Origin: Dicyema japonicum
Taxonomy: Eukaryota; Animalia; Dicyemida
Assembly: GCA_011109175.1 (NCBI GenBank)
Contig: RDEW01000011.1
Location: forward strand, 114,712-178,711
Reading direction: 5' to 3'
DNA: 64,000 nt
Shown: positions 1 to 12,615 of the stretch, piece by piece
Numbering within the stretch: position 1 is the first letter of the stretch
How the letters are laid out: every line of letters starts with the position of its first letter
Program-made: the position numbers and the translations under genes
Notes under the pieces: model-generated
Seen by the model: only the letters and a program-made list of their open reading frames with translations
The model's database searches: none
What the model was told of the DNA's origin: nothing

Positions 1-1129
1 ATAGACTATCGATATCAACGTAAGATTGATAATATATAATGTGGGTGCAGAGATATGGATAAATTTCACTCAATCTAATTTCACTGCTGAAATGATTCGC
101 GGTTGTGCACATTAAAACTTTACCTAAAATTGCTGAAAATAATAACTATTTGGATCCATGTGCGTTGTAGGTATAGTCTAAATTATAATTTTGTAAAGAT
201 ACGCTTATTATGTTTAAAATTAAAACTAGCATTTATAATCCCTCAAAATTATAAAATTTTATTTAAAAATGGTTTGCAGGTCGATAAAAATAAAAAAATT
301 TTGTTGTTTAAATTATTTTTTAATTTTATGAATATTTATTAGAATTGACTGTATTATTACATCAATGTTACTTTTTATTATTTTTTACAAAAATATTATG
401 TTGATAAGAAATAAGGCTGTTATTCTCACTATAGATAATCTAATTGCTAAATTATCTATAATTTTCTATGAAATCCGTTTTTTTATTTTGAGTTATTTCT
501 CTTTTGTTTATAATAAATGCATTCCGATCATTTAATTTACTTAAATAACGGAAGAGGGCTGTGATCAGAAGACCCAATGAGCTTGTATATGATCGAGGGA
601 GAAGCATCGAGCCAAGCTGAGAGTCTGAATTAAATTTGTCGGAATCACTTTGCTTTTTCGGGTTAAGGTGGTCTTGGAATAAAGATTTGATTCGACAAGT
701 TACTGTTCTCATGTATTTGTCTACTATTCTGTATATATAAAATGATAATCAACAGGATGCTCAATATGTGTGTACTCACAAAATAAAATGTGGCAACCTG
801 CAAAAAAAAAGACCAGCAAAAACTGAAACAAAATCAACAAAGGAATGGACTTCATGGCTTGCTTTCAAGGATTCCATATTTCATATGTCGGAATGATTAA
901 CAGAGTCCTGACTATCATTACCAACTGGAAGTGTCAATTATACAATCTACCAAGAAAAACGACATCCTCACTTCCTTTAAGAAAGTTCTGAAACAGAAGA
1001 AATCTCTAAAATTAATTTCAAATCTGAGATCCACTAAAGACTCTTAATTCAGATCCCCAAAATAGCCAGTATTTTTGCCAAAGACTGTTTATACAAAGTA
1101 ATGAAAAGGGAATCTTCAGATAACTGTGA

Positions 1130-1975
1130 GGATCGGGTCCGATTAGTTTGCTTCCCCATGCACACTATGCATATTTCATAGAAAAAGGAAGAAGTCATTC
1201 ACACCAATAGTCAAAGAAAATATCCACATACTTTCCACTGGGAGCTTCATGGTTGACTCCAAAAACAAAAGTCCCTTAAATTGGCCCAAAATTGTTCCTG
1301 AATTATTTGTCGCCAATTTGGGAATTTAAAACATCAGGGTATTTCAGATTTTGAATTCATAACTGGTTTAAATTTATGGATTCAAGTCATATTTGTACAC
1401 AACATAATTAAAACCCGATATTTAAATTTTTATATCCATCAAATCGTGTTTTGCATATCTCTTTGACGGAATCAGTATATAATAAAGTCTCGTCCATTTG
1501 TAAATTTCGTTTTCTTGATAATGTTTGGAAATTTCTTCAAACTTATCTACAAACCCTATTAGGTCAGGTTGTTTGTCAGTCATCATTTCCCCGTGAAATT
1601 TATGCATTCGAAAACCAAGCTTAGTGTCAAGTTCAGGAAATTTTAACGATTTGCATGTCTTTGTAGAAGGAATAATTTTTAGATGTTTTTAATTTGGAAT
1701 CTAGGGAAGTAAGGAATATTATTCACTATTTTTTGATTTGAATATTAAATAAATAGAAAATCTGTGGCGATTGTATGGCACGGTGTAGTATTGTTCTCGT
1801 CTAATATCTCAAAACTTCGAGTTTTTGGAAACAATTAAGCCTTGACGAGAAACTTCCGAACACTTGGTAAAATTTTTAGTTTGAAATTTTTATTTTTAAT
1901 AAAATAATAAAAAAGATTAGTAAAAATAAATTTTATGTTTAATAATGTGTGACCAATTAGAGGGACTTCACTGTA
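1130..1975 (-). mobile_element. pogo/Tigger (Tc1-mariner) DNA transposon relic with one terminal inverted repeat
   Basis: Minus strand reads LKFPELD..., HKFHGE...EIYKW-TRLYYILIPSKRYA and KYRVLIMLCTNMT*IHKFKPVM..P*CFK, matching pogo DDE patterns (IYNxDETGLY; KxRxTVxLCxNxTGxHKLKP). CAGTGAAGTCCCTCTAATTGGTCACAC at 1973-1947 is flanked by TA. No second TIR was found. Confidence 0.75.
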
Positions 1976-2039
1976 TATAGATCCAAAAATGTGTTAAGTA
2001 AACTGTCTTCGACACACAACAATTGAGAAGTGTGATATG

Positions 2040-2330
2040 CCCCAATCTGTCTGAAGGCGGAATAATTGCTGCTATACTGGAGAAGTCCTCCACAACACTA
2101 TCCTAATTCTCATACAACCAACAGACTCCATTGCACCTAAGCTATTTGTTTCTGAAGATGTAAGCTATGGGACTCTTATTTTCGACCCAAGCAGCACTGG
2201 AGGACTTTATGGTCTCCGTCCAGAGCATTTCTCAGAACATATGCAGCTCTGGCGTCCAGCTTGTGTTGACTATCAAAAACTAATCAACAGGATGCTCACT
2301 GAAAAACTACCTGAAACAATTAGTTTCATC
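2040..2330 (+). mobile_element. CRE-like non-LTR retrotransposon, RT N-terminal relic
   Basis: Translates SSTGGLYGLRPEHF...LINRML...EKDGK, similar to the CRE pattern SAGGPDGLRPEHL...KKDGGIRP; frameshifted. Confidence 0.65.
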
Positions 2331-2519
2331 ATGTTCTTTTGCAATCAGAGAAGTAGCAGAGAAAAGGATGGCAAACCTTCTGAAAGAGATGAGTTTCTTG
2401 ACTCTACATTGTAGAACGAAATTAATCATAAGAGAAATCAGAGGTCGCAGGAGGAGAGTCCAGGTGTGGTAAGGAAGCCTAAAAATACCCTTTTACTTTC
2501 CTTTGGTAATAAAGTTCGC

Positions 2520-3200
2520 TAATGGTTAATGTTTTTTTGGTTGAGGTGGTGACGACATCTCTATTGCACTATGTCTTATTCGTATTCTTTACCGACTTCT
2601 CCGTTCACTCTGGGAACTTTCAATTGCAGAGGACTTAAAAACCTCACAAGAAACACCAACTGGTATGCTACCTAGCCACATGAAGAGGATAGAACTAAAC
2701 ACCAGGTTTAGAATATGCAAAGCTTTTGTAATCCCAGTACTAACCTGCAACTCTGGAATTTGGGGAATCTCTAAACGGGAAATAGACCGTCTTTACTCCT
2801 TCACAGAGCTCAGCTCAAATCGGTAATCAAGATTAACTGGCCTATGAAGATCTCTGATGCAAACCTTTATAATAAATGCAAATATGGCGTGCTGTCAGAG
2901 GATATTTTCTATCAAGACGTCTAAATGACCAGGTCCCCTCAAATTCCTGCAATGGTCAACTACTTTGCACACACAGGAGCCGGATTTCGCGGAAGACCAA
3001 GAACGACAGTTCCGTCTATCTTGAACGAAGACCTATCGGCGGATGGTATGAGACTAACTTCGGCAGACGATCTGAACTACCTAAGAGAACTAGCGGGCAA
3101 CAGAGGATCATGGTCGAGGTTGACGAAGAAGATGATTAGGAATACGGGACAAGGGAAACTTAACTAATTTATGTTTTCTCGGGAGTGCTTTTAATAATAA
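2520..3200 (+). mobile_element. RTE-clade LINE, internally deleted (APE start fused to ORF C-terminus and (TAA)n tail)
   Basis: FTLGTFNCRGLK (APE start) is joined near 2670 to AFVIPVL...FRGRPRTT...RELAGNRGSWSRL; ends gggagtgcttttaataataa. Confidence 0.85.
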
Positions 3201-3334
3201 TGGCTAATGCTGCCAGAGCAGTCTGCAAAATTCTAATCTCCGAACTGATCTCAGCTCAACTGGAAGTTAAGATAATAGGATAAGAGTAATTGTGTAAATC
3301 AAGGGTTCTCCAGAATAAATAAACAAAAAAATCT

Positions 3335-3480
3335 TACAGCGACCGCCTTAACCGCGTGGCTATTCTCGCTCAGAATGGCGAGCGAAATTCGCTCAAATAG
3401 CCAGCAGCGGGGATCTCCTGCTCATGGAGAAATCCGATTCACTAGATGACTCAAAAATTCCAGCGCAAGAGAACCAAAAG
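3335..3480 (-). mobile_element. CRE-like element 3' end
   Basis: Minus strand LEFLSHLVNRIS..GDPRCWLFERISLAILSENSHAV, the CRE RLE C-terminal pattern; homologous to 20420, 59610 and 63400. Confidence 0.75.
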
Positions 3481-3499
3481 TTTTAACTGCGAGTGAAAC

Positions 3500-3870
3500 A
3501 AACAAAAAATCCCCGACTAGGACCACATGCTTTGGACGTTTTGACCTTTCGGTCTTGTCAGCGGCAATCTGTCCTATTTCGGTGTTTATTTTGTTCATCA
3601 TTTTAGAGAAAGTAGACTCACATAATTTTTGCGATAGTCAAAATAGCACTGGGAAACATTCCCTGGCGAAAATTTGAATCACTTTCTTATACACTTCTCC
3701 ATCTGTATAAGGGCGCATATTCTCCGCCAGAAGGTAACAAATTTCATGCTCATCGATGTTGACGAATGTGCATAAATAGGGAAGATTGTCGGAAACATAG
3801 GGCCTTCAGCTGTAATAATTTTTGGACCTTCAAGTCCAAACACAGTAAATTAAAAATCGACGCCTTTCAA
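3500..3870 (-). mobile_element. hAT/Buster-like transposase relic
   Basis: HEICYLLAENMRPYTDGEVYKKVIQIFARECFP resembles the Buster/SPIN pattern YxIAKxxKPFTDGExIKxC; frameshifted, no TIR seen. Confidence 0.55.
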
Positions 3871-4079
3871 TATTTATTATGCTTTAAAAAATAATGGTAA
3901 CTCCACAAATGAATGTGCTTTTCTATTAACGTTGATAACAAATAATTGAATTTCCTATTGTTTTTGAATTTCTTTATTGATTTTACCATTTGATATGTGA
4001 ATGAACGGGGGTTCCAGGGTGGCTCCCAAGATAGAGGTCTTCTTAGTAGGGATCGGGGAATCATATATATTGACTGTTG

Positions 4080-4545
4080 ATTTTATCAGTCTCTTATTCG
4101 TGACTTGGTGAACATCGTTACATGTGACCTACATGGTGGGACTTTTAGGCTGTTCTTCAAGAACCCATCGGATTTGATGTCTCTTGCAGGTCTTGGATGT
4201 TTCGTTGCTATCACGAAATCATTAGCGTACGATGAAGGAACGAGTTGTGGGTAACTGGAAAGGAAAGTCACTAAGGAAAACGTTTAATATCGTTGGAGAC
4301 AACAGAGATCCTTGTGCCACTTCATTCGGAACAAATTGTGCTTTTGATTTTTGGTTATTCATCACCAATTGGCCCCTTCTACCATAACTTGAGTTTGGGG
4401 TGGATTGACGTTATGAAAATTTTGCGGTTAGAATCTTCCGGGAGACTGAGTCAAAAGCTTTCTCGACATCTATCAAAACCACGGTTTTCTCGTTTGGGTT
4501 GAGAGTATTCATTGAGGATAATAAAGTCGTCGAAACTGTCTTATA
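4080..4545 (-). mobile_element. I/Jockey-like LINE reverse transcriptase relic
   Basis: TVVLIDVEKAFDSV, VAQGSLLSPTILNVFLSD and YANDFVIAT (degenerate YADD). Confidence 0.8.
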
Positions 4546-4614
4546 AGAGAGCACCTAGTTGATCCAGTTGTCGTTTATTATTTCATGAAGTTTAGATTCT
4601 ATTAATTTAAATTA

Positions 4615-4930
4615 GCCGGGTGGCATAGTGGTTAGGTTTCGGGCAAAAGTGCTTAGGCTACGGGTTGATTCTCGCTGCTGTTCACCTGGTGGAAGGTTCC
4701 ACGCATCTACGATACAAAAAGGGCTTGAAAAGTGACGCCATCATCAGTGGATACTCACTGCGGAACTGGATAGTCTAGAAAGATCCCACACACAAGAATA
4801 AAAGAAGTGAAGATCATTCCTTGGTTCTACGATTAGTTAAAAATTAACTGTTCTTAACTTAAATAAAGTATGTGTCCTGCCTACGTGGAGCTATAAATAC
4901 TATGGCTCTCGTGAAAAGGCTATTATTATT
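4615..4930 (+). mobile_element. SINE family A, full-length copy (head type 1)
   Basis: A-box TGGCATAGTGG, degenerate B-box, body shared with 9 other copies, 3' hairpin GGAGCTATA..TATGGCTC, (TAT)n tail, no TTTT in the sense strand. Confidence 0.85.
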
Positions 4931-5139
4931 GCGAGATCTGGTGAGGGATTTTCCTCATGTCTCCGCAGGAAACGTGCAAAACATGACACCATCCACGTCT
5001 CTATCAAAATCGAAATTCCTTTAAAAATATATAAATCGATATTTTTTTAAAATAAAAAATGAAAATTATCATAAAAAAGAATAATATTTAAATGTGAAAT
5101 AACATAAAGAGGTAGACCTCTTGCTGTATTAAATAAGTA

Positions 5140-5485
5140 GACCGGATCATAGTGGTTAGTATTCCCGTTTTAGTCGCGATTATCTGTAGGCTCAATTTCC
5201 ACACAGCCACCTAACAGGTCGAGGAATCTATGCTTTTATAAAATCCTAAGTGGCGTCAGTTGATCCACTTGTCTTAAAAAACGAACAATTTTTGGTCGGC
5301 ATCCAAAATGAATCTATCTTTCCCCCTTCACTGGAGGGATTTCCATACTGGCCTATATTGATGGACGCGATAATTAGACAGAATGCGTTTCATTCCGACC
5401 ATGGGAACTGGATATATAACCTGTTAAGCCTTATTTATGTTTTAGTGGGCCTATCCCAATTTTTCGCCTTCTTGGGGAATTGTTT
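5140..5485 (+). mobile_element. SINE family C copy (tRNA-like head)
   Basis: Head gaccggatcatagtggttag...ggctcaatttcc; body ggcgtcagttgatccac...ggcatccaaaa...cattccgacc..ggaactggata recurs at 16888, 19915, 22090 and 32400. Confidence 0.6.
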
Positions 5486-6309
5486 AACGGCATATTAAAC
5501 TCTAATGACCCGGTTTTATCCTAAGTACATCACATCATTAGATTTGACTAGACGACATGTGTCGTAGCTAACGTTTCCGATAAATTTTTAGGAAACGACA
5601 TTTCTTGTCGCTGACGCTTTACAGGTTAATAAGACATTGAGTAACTCAACCTCTCTAGTGTATCAGGGGTTATTATATAAAAAGGTAAATTCACCCATCT
5701 AGACGTCGACTGTGTTTCCATGTTCAGTTTAGACTACAAACGATAATTTTTTAGTAGAAAAATAACTGATTTGTTAGTATTAAAATCACAAAATATAAAA
5801 ACTCATTGTTGAATGAATGACATGCTGAGTAGAATTTTAACGGGGGTAGGGTGGGAGAGACTAATATCGAAAATCTTCACGAATAGAATTATAGTTTATA
5901 TGATTCTATGTTGTTGCTTGTAATAATGGGGGTAAGGAGCATTTCGGATAAAAGATAATAATTATGTATACATCAAAATTAAAAGTAAAAAAGGAATTTT
6001 CGGTTTCTGTGGAGACGTCTAAGTCCTTGGCCCAAAACATTAGTCCTGTGATCATTTGGGGTAACTCTCAATCCGTTCAGAAGGTTTGAAACATTAATCG
6101 CCAAAAAAATTTGTTATCTTCCGGTGAATTTTTGATTTAAGATATAAAAAGCACATTAGAACAAATCATGTTTCAGCTGCCAAGAGATAGTGGCATTGTC
6201 GAGGACGATGACTATTTTCTGTGAAAACAGTCTTCGTTCGTAGGAGTCTTGAGTTCTGCAATTGAATTTAAGATTTTATTGACGACTCCTTTACCCTCAA
6301 TCCTAACCG

Positions 6310-6500
6310 CTCCAAGGGTTCCAAATGCTCCTCCAGGCAGGACACTCACTTTAATTAAGTAAAGAACTAATCGATGAGGGAGAACCAAGGAATGCTCTTC
6401 ACTTCTTTTTTACTTCCTGTTGGGAGCGAGTCCTTTAGTGCACGACCTGGTTCCACAGTGAAATGTTAACTGATTCACTGATGCGTCACTTGTCAAGCCA
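6310..6500 (-). mobile_element. SINE family A, 5'-truncated copy
   Basis: caggcaggacact..taagtaaagaac..aaccaaggaatgctcttcacttc is the reverse complement of the SINE-A body. Confidence 0.75.
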
Positions 6501-6759
6501 AGAATATTTTTAATGAAAATATTTTAATCATTTTTAAAAGCTGAGACAATGTGAATTAATTTCAAAATCCATAACCCATTAAAATTCTACCATTAATAAA
6601 TTTATGATTACTAAGGATATCTGAATTTTTAATACTTTGATTAGACAAAAACAAGATTTGCACAGATAAAACAATCAGCGAAACAATTACTCGCTAATCA
6701 CGAGATCTACTTGGAAATTTAATTATGATTAAAAATTGTAGTGAAACACTTTTTACGGA

Positions 6760-6987
6760 ATCACACTTTTTCTGCTCGGGGACTTTTGGAAGGAAGTCAC
6801 GAACAACTTTGCCATAATAACATCAATCTAAAACATGCAAGAATGGCATTAGAAGATGCAGATGATCTAGACAGCCTCCGAAGAATCGCAATTTCTAGAA
6901 GAACGTGGAGGAGTCAGAACGGATCATCCGGAGGTGGCTCAAGCGACGGAGAGGATATAACTTTCTTATGTGCATTATTATAATAAT
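6760..6987 (+). mobile_element. RTE LINE (second subfamily) 3' end
   Basis: LEDADDLDSLRRIAISRRTWR C-terminus with TAA tail; clearly homologous to 42170-42340. Confidence 0.75.
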
Positions 6988-7089
6988 TGGTTTTTGAACT
7001 ATCAGAATAGAAACGTGCAAGATTATGGCAATTCAAATAATTGATTGTATAAGAATCAGCACGTGGTTAATTGGAAGGATGATAGTCCA

Positions 7090-7330
7090 TTAAATGTCTA
7101 CTTCGCTTTATGATGGATGAAAACCCATGTCCTCGTTTTTTCATAGCCATGGAAAGATGGACTCAGAAGACATTAGAAACCCGATGTTCTGCACAAATGA
7201 ATTCTTCAGATGCACGGAGGATCCCGGTTTTAATTCCGACCCGAAATTGAAAGAACTCGGTCATTTCAGAGGCTCCATGTATATTATTAATCAGTCCAGG
7301 GGAATTTAGTATCCTACCACACATCCTCTC
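7090..7330 (+). mobile_element. R4/Dong-like RLE retrotransposon fragment
   Basis: ttcttcagatgcacggaggatcc.. matches 33785-33850 (LFRCTEEPNVD), downstream of the R4-type RT. Confidence 0.6.
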
Positions 7331-8339
7331 AAAGCTCCCCCAGGCAGTAATTTCCAATTTCTAATGTTCCGGTGTCTGCTATTTTTGCCTCCCGTAGGCA
7401 ACACATGGATAGCTTGTATCGTCCAAGCTCTCGTGCGAGCTGAGGGTTTTATACATAGGATTGAGTCTATGTGATGATAGTTAACGTGATTCTTTGTATT
7501 TTGTTAATAAAAATGAGAATTTGATAATAAACTAATTTTTATTTTTTTGTAGTTTTTAAAATTTTATTCTGACAGTAAATCATAAGAACGACCAATTTAT
7601 TGATTCAAAAATTAGTCATTGGACTGTCGTATTTCTGTATGTGATGTACAGAAAACCGTCTTCGCTTTGATACCTTTTGTGGAGTTCAAACATTGTGTAA
7701 CTAAATATTGTATTAAATTACCCCAAAGGAAGCCGATAATTTCTGACAAGTAGATATAATTCATCTCTAGGAGAAAGTTTCAATTTCATTCGAATATAAC
7801 TGCAAATCGTCTTCAAAGTAATTCCATCGTCAATTAAGTACTGGTCGTTTGGAAGGCACTCAGAAAAATTATCCGATGAAAATGGAAGTATTATGGTCTT
7901 AAAATTATGCTAGATCGATCTTTTGACGGGTTCACGCAAATTAACTCTGAGCACCTTAATCTTCTATCAACTAAAATTGTAGAGTTAAAATACTCAAATC
8001 GAGAGATCTGACATGTGTATCTTTCATTAATTCTAATTATTTTAAATGTTTCCAAAATTTATTTTTTAATAAAAAATCATTTTTAAATTTATTATTTTTA
8101 TTTTAACTACAATTTTTTTACTAGATACTGATTCCAATGGCCGAGGTTTTCTACGTTTGAGTCCAGGAATTACTAGAAGCTGAGATCACTTAGTTGGCTT
8201 TGATCTCTTTTTTCGATGATCTTGGTGACCTAACTAATTTGATCGGATTCATTCGTAATGTTCGGTGTTAGTAATTCTCGTGATTAAATAAGTTTTCCAC
8301 ACTCCTATATATTTTGTTACCCATACAAATAATAAAGAT

Positions 8340-8630
8340 AGTGCACTTTAGAGCCATATCACCTATGGCTCCATCCAGGCAGATCACACTTAATTTAAGT
8401 AAAGAACAATTATCATAACTAATCGTAGAAGGAGAACCAATGAATGCCCTTCCCTTCTTTTTGTTGCGTGTGAGTCCTTTGTAGACGATCCTGTTCGCAG
8501 TTAAATATTCATTGATGACGGCGTCTATCGTAAAGACAAAGCATCGTAGATGCATGGAACCTTCAACCGGAATTCGAACTAGGGACCATCAGGCCTTTGT
8601 CAGGCACTTGTTACACTGCTATCCATAAAG
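8340..8630 (-). mobile_element. SINE family A, full-length copy (head type 2)
   Basis: Minus-strand head tggatagcagtg...ggcctgatggtccctagttcgaattcc (intact B-box) on the standard SINE-A body. Confidence 0.85.
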
Positions 8631-8970
8631 GATTCGAAATAACCAACTGCGTTTGTTTTTAACCAATAAAAACCAAACTTTCGAAATGGGTAACAAAAAT
8701 TTAAAACAACTTGGACAAGATTATCAACCAGAAGGTCGACAAATATAAGATTTTATTTAAAGACTAAGAATCATGATTGTATTGAAAAAGGAAAGTGATC
8801 ATTAGATAGTCCCTACCTCTTTAATATCTAAGATCAGTCAACTTTTGTATACAATGATAGATAGTGTCCAACAGGTCGGCAGTGATCTGGCTTAGTACAA
8901 AAGCTCCACGTGCATAATGTCTTTAAAATGTAAAAAAACTGAAACAGCCAAAAAATTAAAAAACTCAATA

Positions 8971-11763
8971 TTAACTATCATCATCATCATCATTCAAAAG
9001 TGATATATTCATAATAGACTCATCAGACTCAAAATCATCACTCAAGTGAGGATTAAACGGTGAAGGAAACACAGTATTCTCCACATTAAATCTACTTGGG
9101 GTTGCCCCTACAATAACACAAATCATAACCACTAGGACTGTACACCGATGGATTAACATCCAGAATCATAGCCTCCAATTTACTAAACATTCTCCCAAAA
9201 TCATCATTAAAGGAATCAATCAGCTGATTGAACGCAGTAACATAGTCACATCTGTTCTTCTCTAGCTTGGTCCCCTCTTCTCTATACTTATCCATTAATT
9301 CAATAGAAGATTTAACAAAAAGGTCAAAACACTCGCGTTTCGCCTACAATAAAACACGTGGATGTACCCTTAGAGGTATGTTCACATCATTCTCCAACTT
9401 TTTCCACACCTTATCGAACTCTCCCTCATAGTGTCGAAGTAATGATTCTAACGTAGCACAGTGAGCCAGTTTCTCGCTCCCAACCTTCCTCATCGAACCC
9501 AAAAAATCGTCCACCACCCCAATAAAGGCCTTATAATTATTCTACAATAAGCACATGGTAACTTTTGAATCGATGTCTCTAACAACCTCATCAATCTTCC
9601 TCACTACACGCCTAAACTCAGACCAGTATTGAGTCAACGACAAGGAAGCCTCAAATCCCTCCAAATCATATTGATGGTAGACGTGGTCATCGAATGTGTG
9701 GTGTCTGTTATATTCACTTGCTATATCCGTGATTATCTACATGCAAATAACCCATACATTTTTGAAGTCCCTAACCGACTTATCCACATCTGCCAGACAC
9801 TTCTCCCTCTCCAAGTAGTTTGGAGTCCTCAGCTTCTTCAAAAAATTCTCCCTCAGGGACTTCATAGCCTCGTTATATGCATCTCCATTGAGCTTGATGT
9901 CACGGGTTAGCGACGCTATATCGTTTCGTAGTTCATCTGTATTTGATGATTCATCCACAAACGCGCCAATCTCAGTGATTCGAGCAGAATTAATCACTAA
10001 TTGACTATTTATGGATCTTCTTTCCGCGGCCTACTATTATTAACGGCGATAACCAGCAAATCGTCATTTTTTTCACGGAAAGTCCTCACTTTCTCATTTA
10101 TTCCGTCTTTCGCTAAACAAACAGAGTGATCCACTTCAGAAATCAACGAAACTGAGACTTTGCTGATTACATTTTCTAACGACATCCTTTCCTCATCGAA
10201 TACGTTGTTGTACTCGTATAGAGAATGTACTCGGTCAGTAAGGTACTCAATTTCCCGAAAAATTCGTCAACGTAGGATATCATATCATTTAGGTGGTGTT
10301 CCGCCGCAGAAACAAAATTTCGCTGTGTTTTTTCATTCCTTAAGTCAATTTCAGAAAATCCCGAACGTACCAAGTCCAGATTATCCCTTATTTCTTTGAT
10401 ATTCGCCAATTCCTCTTTCATGGAGTCCCCAATATTCCTCAAACGAGTAAATATCTCCAGTCTCTTCTCGTAAATATGTTTCCGCCTTTCATGTTCATTT
10501 TGTTTATGTACAATCTGTTCTCTAAGGTCCAATAAGGATCTCCTCAGCTGATCTACGTCCTCCCACTCCCTGCTAATTTTCTCCTCAGTCTCCTTTATGG
10601 TTCGACTCAGCTGACGGGAGACTTCAACATACTGCGATATTCCTGTACGGAAACCTCAGAGACGATTCTCTCGCGATCCTTGATCTCCATCTTCAGGTCC
10701 ATGGTCTCCGTAATCCGAAAGTCCAATTCATTAGTCATTGTTTCATGAACCTGAGAATTCATTACAATCGTTTGATTCTCTGTCAGTTTACCCCATTCTT
10801 CCTTTAATCGCCCAATTTCAGCGTTAAAAAACTACATTCGATATTTACTAATACTTTTTCTGGATCACTGGTCTTGTTTGGTGTAATAACGTGGGTAATA
10901 CCCCTTATCTTCCTCGCAAAACACATCAGACGAATGGTTCCCTCCAAACATGAGGCGGCTGGGGATATTGAGAAGATGAAACTGTTCATGTTGGTTTCCT
11001 ACCAGCGATTCTCTCAGGTATTTTGTCAGCCGTGACTCCTTGTATGGGACATATGTGGCTTTTATGTATAACGAGTTCAGGACATCTTCAAATACGGAGA
11101 GATTTGATCCTAGAGCGGTTTTTGTGTTCAGGTTGTCCGATTCGTTGTATATAAACGCAAGAACGAGTGTTCCAACGTCAGTACTCCCTTCATGAGGAAT
11201 AATTACAGTGATTGTGAAAATTGAATGCCCAGAGACCACTGGGGTGATCTTTGAGTGTCTCAAGTATATGATCCACATCCTTCATATATGTTATAGTAAT
11301 TTCAGTTGGGGTTCTAGCTAGACTGTGTTCTTCTAATTCATCCTCCTTTATAAGGTTTAAGTTCCCTGTCACTTAGGTGGATAGCTGATATTCGTACGGC
11401 TCTCTGGACAGGGCCATAACTCTGATACGATAAAAGAAAGTATCTTAGCTGAGTGATTTTCGGAAGAAATATCTAAAACAGTATGGTTGTAGCCGGCGAT
11501 GACGTCCTTTATAAATTGAGAAGCAAGGGACTTCCACGCGTCAAATGGGAACAGTTTTTGCTGAATATTTTGTCGAATCTGAAGGTCCGTCGTAAGGATC
11601 TTAGCAGTTTGGGGTCGTCTATAGACAATTCCTTGTTTGTCCGCCTGTTTATTACATCTCTGGAGGTTTCTGATTCAACATCAGTGAGATTCCTTATATT
11701 AGAGTTAAATTATTACTTTATTTTGATATAAACAGGACATGTTACAGAAAGTTCAGAAAGCAT
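8971..11763 (-). CDS. KIF11: Kinesin-5 (Eg5/BimC)-like protein with degenerate nucleotide-binding motifs
   Basis: Spliced translation: PVYIKIKNLTD...KELSI...RTFRFDKIF...DVIAGYNHTV...HSIFTITV...YVPYKESRLTKYLRESLVGN...FSISPA, a long coiled-coil stalk, and a BimC-box-like YSPSGATPSR (22-nt intron 9108-9129) near the C-terminus. Introns checked are 22-40 nt; single-base indels near 11544 and 10992. Confidence 0.8.
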
Positions 11764-11829
11764 TGTTCAATATACGCAAGTTTATTTTTATTTAAATTAT
11801 TTATTTTTAATATTAAGTTTTTATTTATT

Positions 11830-12300
11830 TTTTAAATGAAGATCACGGAGACTTTCAAAATGTCGAGTGACGCGAGGATCTGGACGGGTTTCCATGTGAG
11901 TCACCTGTTGATGAAAAAACTGCTTACATTTTTAGCGAACAGACCCAACTGATTTCCCTTACCAAACAACTATCAAATAGTTTGTTTGGTAGTGGTTACA
12001 GGATGAGCCCCGAGCTACGTTTCCAGATTTCTTTAATCAACAGTGGTGATGTTGAACATTACCCTGAAACCAAGTAATTTCAGCGCAAGTTGAAGATAAT
12101 CCACATGAAGATCAACGTAGTTTCCAAAAATGTATTGATTTACATAACTTATTGCACATCATTGTGTGGATATTTCCATTATCAAGAAACTAAGCTTACA
12201 CCGTAATCCAAGACTCCTTGCTTCAAGAACATTTTGTATTACGTTCCGACCGCGCCTTCAGTCTGTACACATTTCTATTCCTTTTGCTGATTATTCAACT
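11830..12300 (-). CDS. Probable host gene fragment, unidentified
   Basis: Open exon-like stretches (CAISYVNQYIFGNYVDLHVDYLQLALKLLGFR) separated by short GT..AG segments; no recognised motif. Confidence 0.3.
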
Positions 12301-12307
12301 TTTATTG

Positions 12308-12615
12308 AGGATCCGCAGTGAACGGTCGCCGGGTAAGAGGCCTGAAGGTCGCTAGTTCGAATCCTGGTACTGTATATATCGGTTGAATTTCCACGCACTC
12401 TATGCTTTGGCTTGACGAGTGACGCCGTCATCAGTGAACATTTCACTGCGGAACCGGATCGTCTATATAGGACAACAAAAAGAAAACAAAAGTGAAGAGC
12501 ATATTTGATTCTTCCTCATCGAATAGTTATGATAACTGTTCTTTGCTTAAAATAAAGTGTGTGTTCTGCCTGAGGGAGCGATAGCTTATATGGCTCCTCG
12601 GAAAGTGCTTTGTTT
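12308..12615 (+). mobile_element. SINE family A, full-length copy (head type 2)
   Basis: ggcctgaaggtcgctagttcgaatcc B-box, standard body, 3' hairpin GGAGCGATA..TATGGCTCC. Confidence 0.85.

Noticed and set aside
103-712. ORFs 103-342 and 452-712
   Set aside because: The first is AT-rich low-complexity sequence; the second has no recognisable homology or supporting splice structure.
3300-3345. Spliced-leader RNA gene as the CRE target
   Set aside because: CRE 3' flanks are unrelated to each other, and no repeated SL-like unit with an Sm site was seen.
4615-4700. tRNA genes at the SINE heads
   Set aside because: A/B-box-like motifs are present, but no complete cloverleaf could be drawn and each head runs into a repeated body; these are SINE heads.
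9629-10399. Plus-strand ORFs over the kinesin stalk (and similar antisense ORFs over FERM, PHF12 and SLMAP)
   Set aside because: They are shadows of real minus-strand coding sequence and have no motifs of their own.
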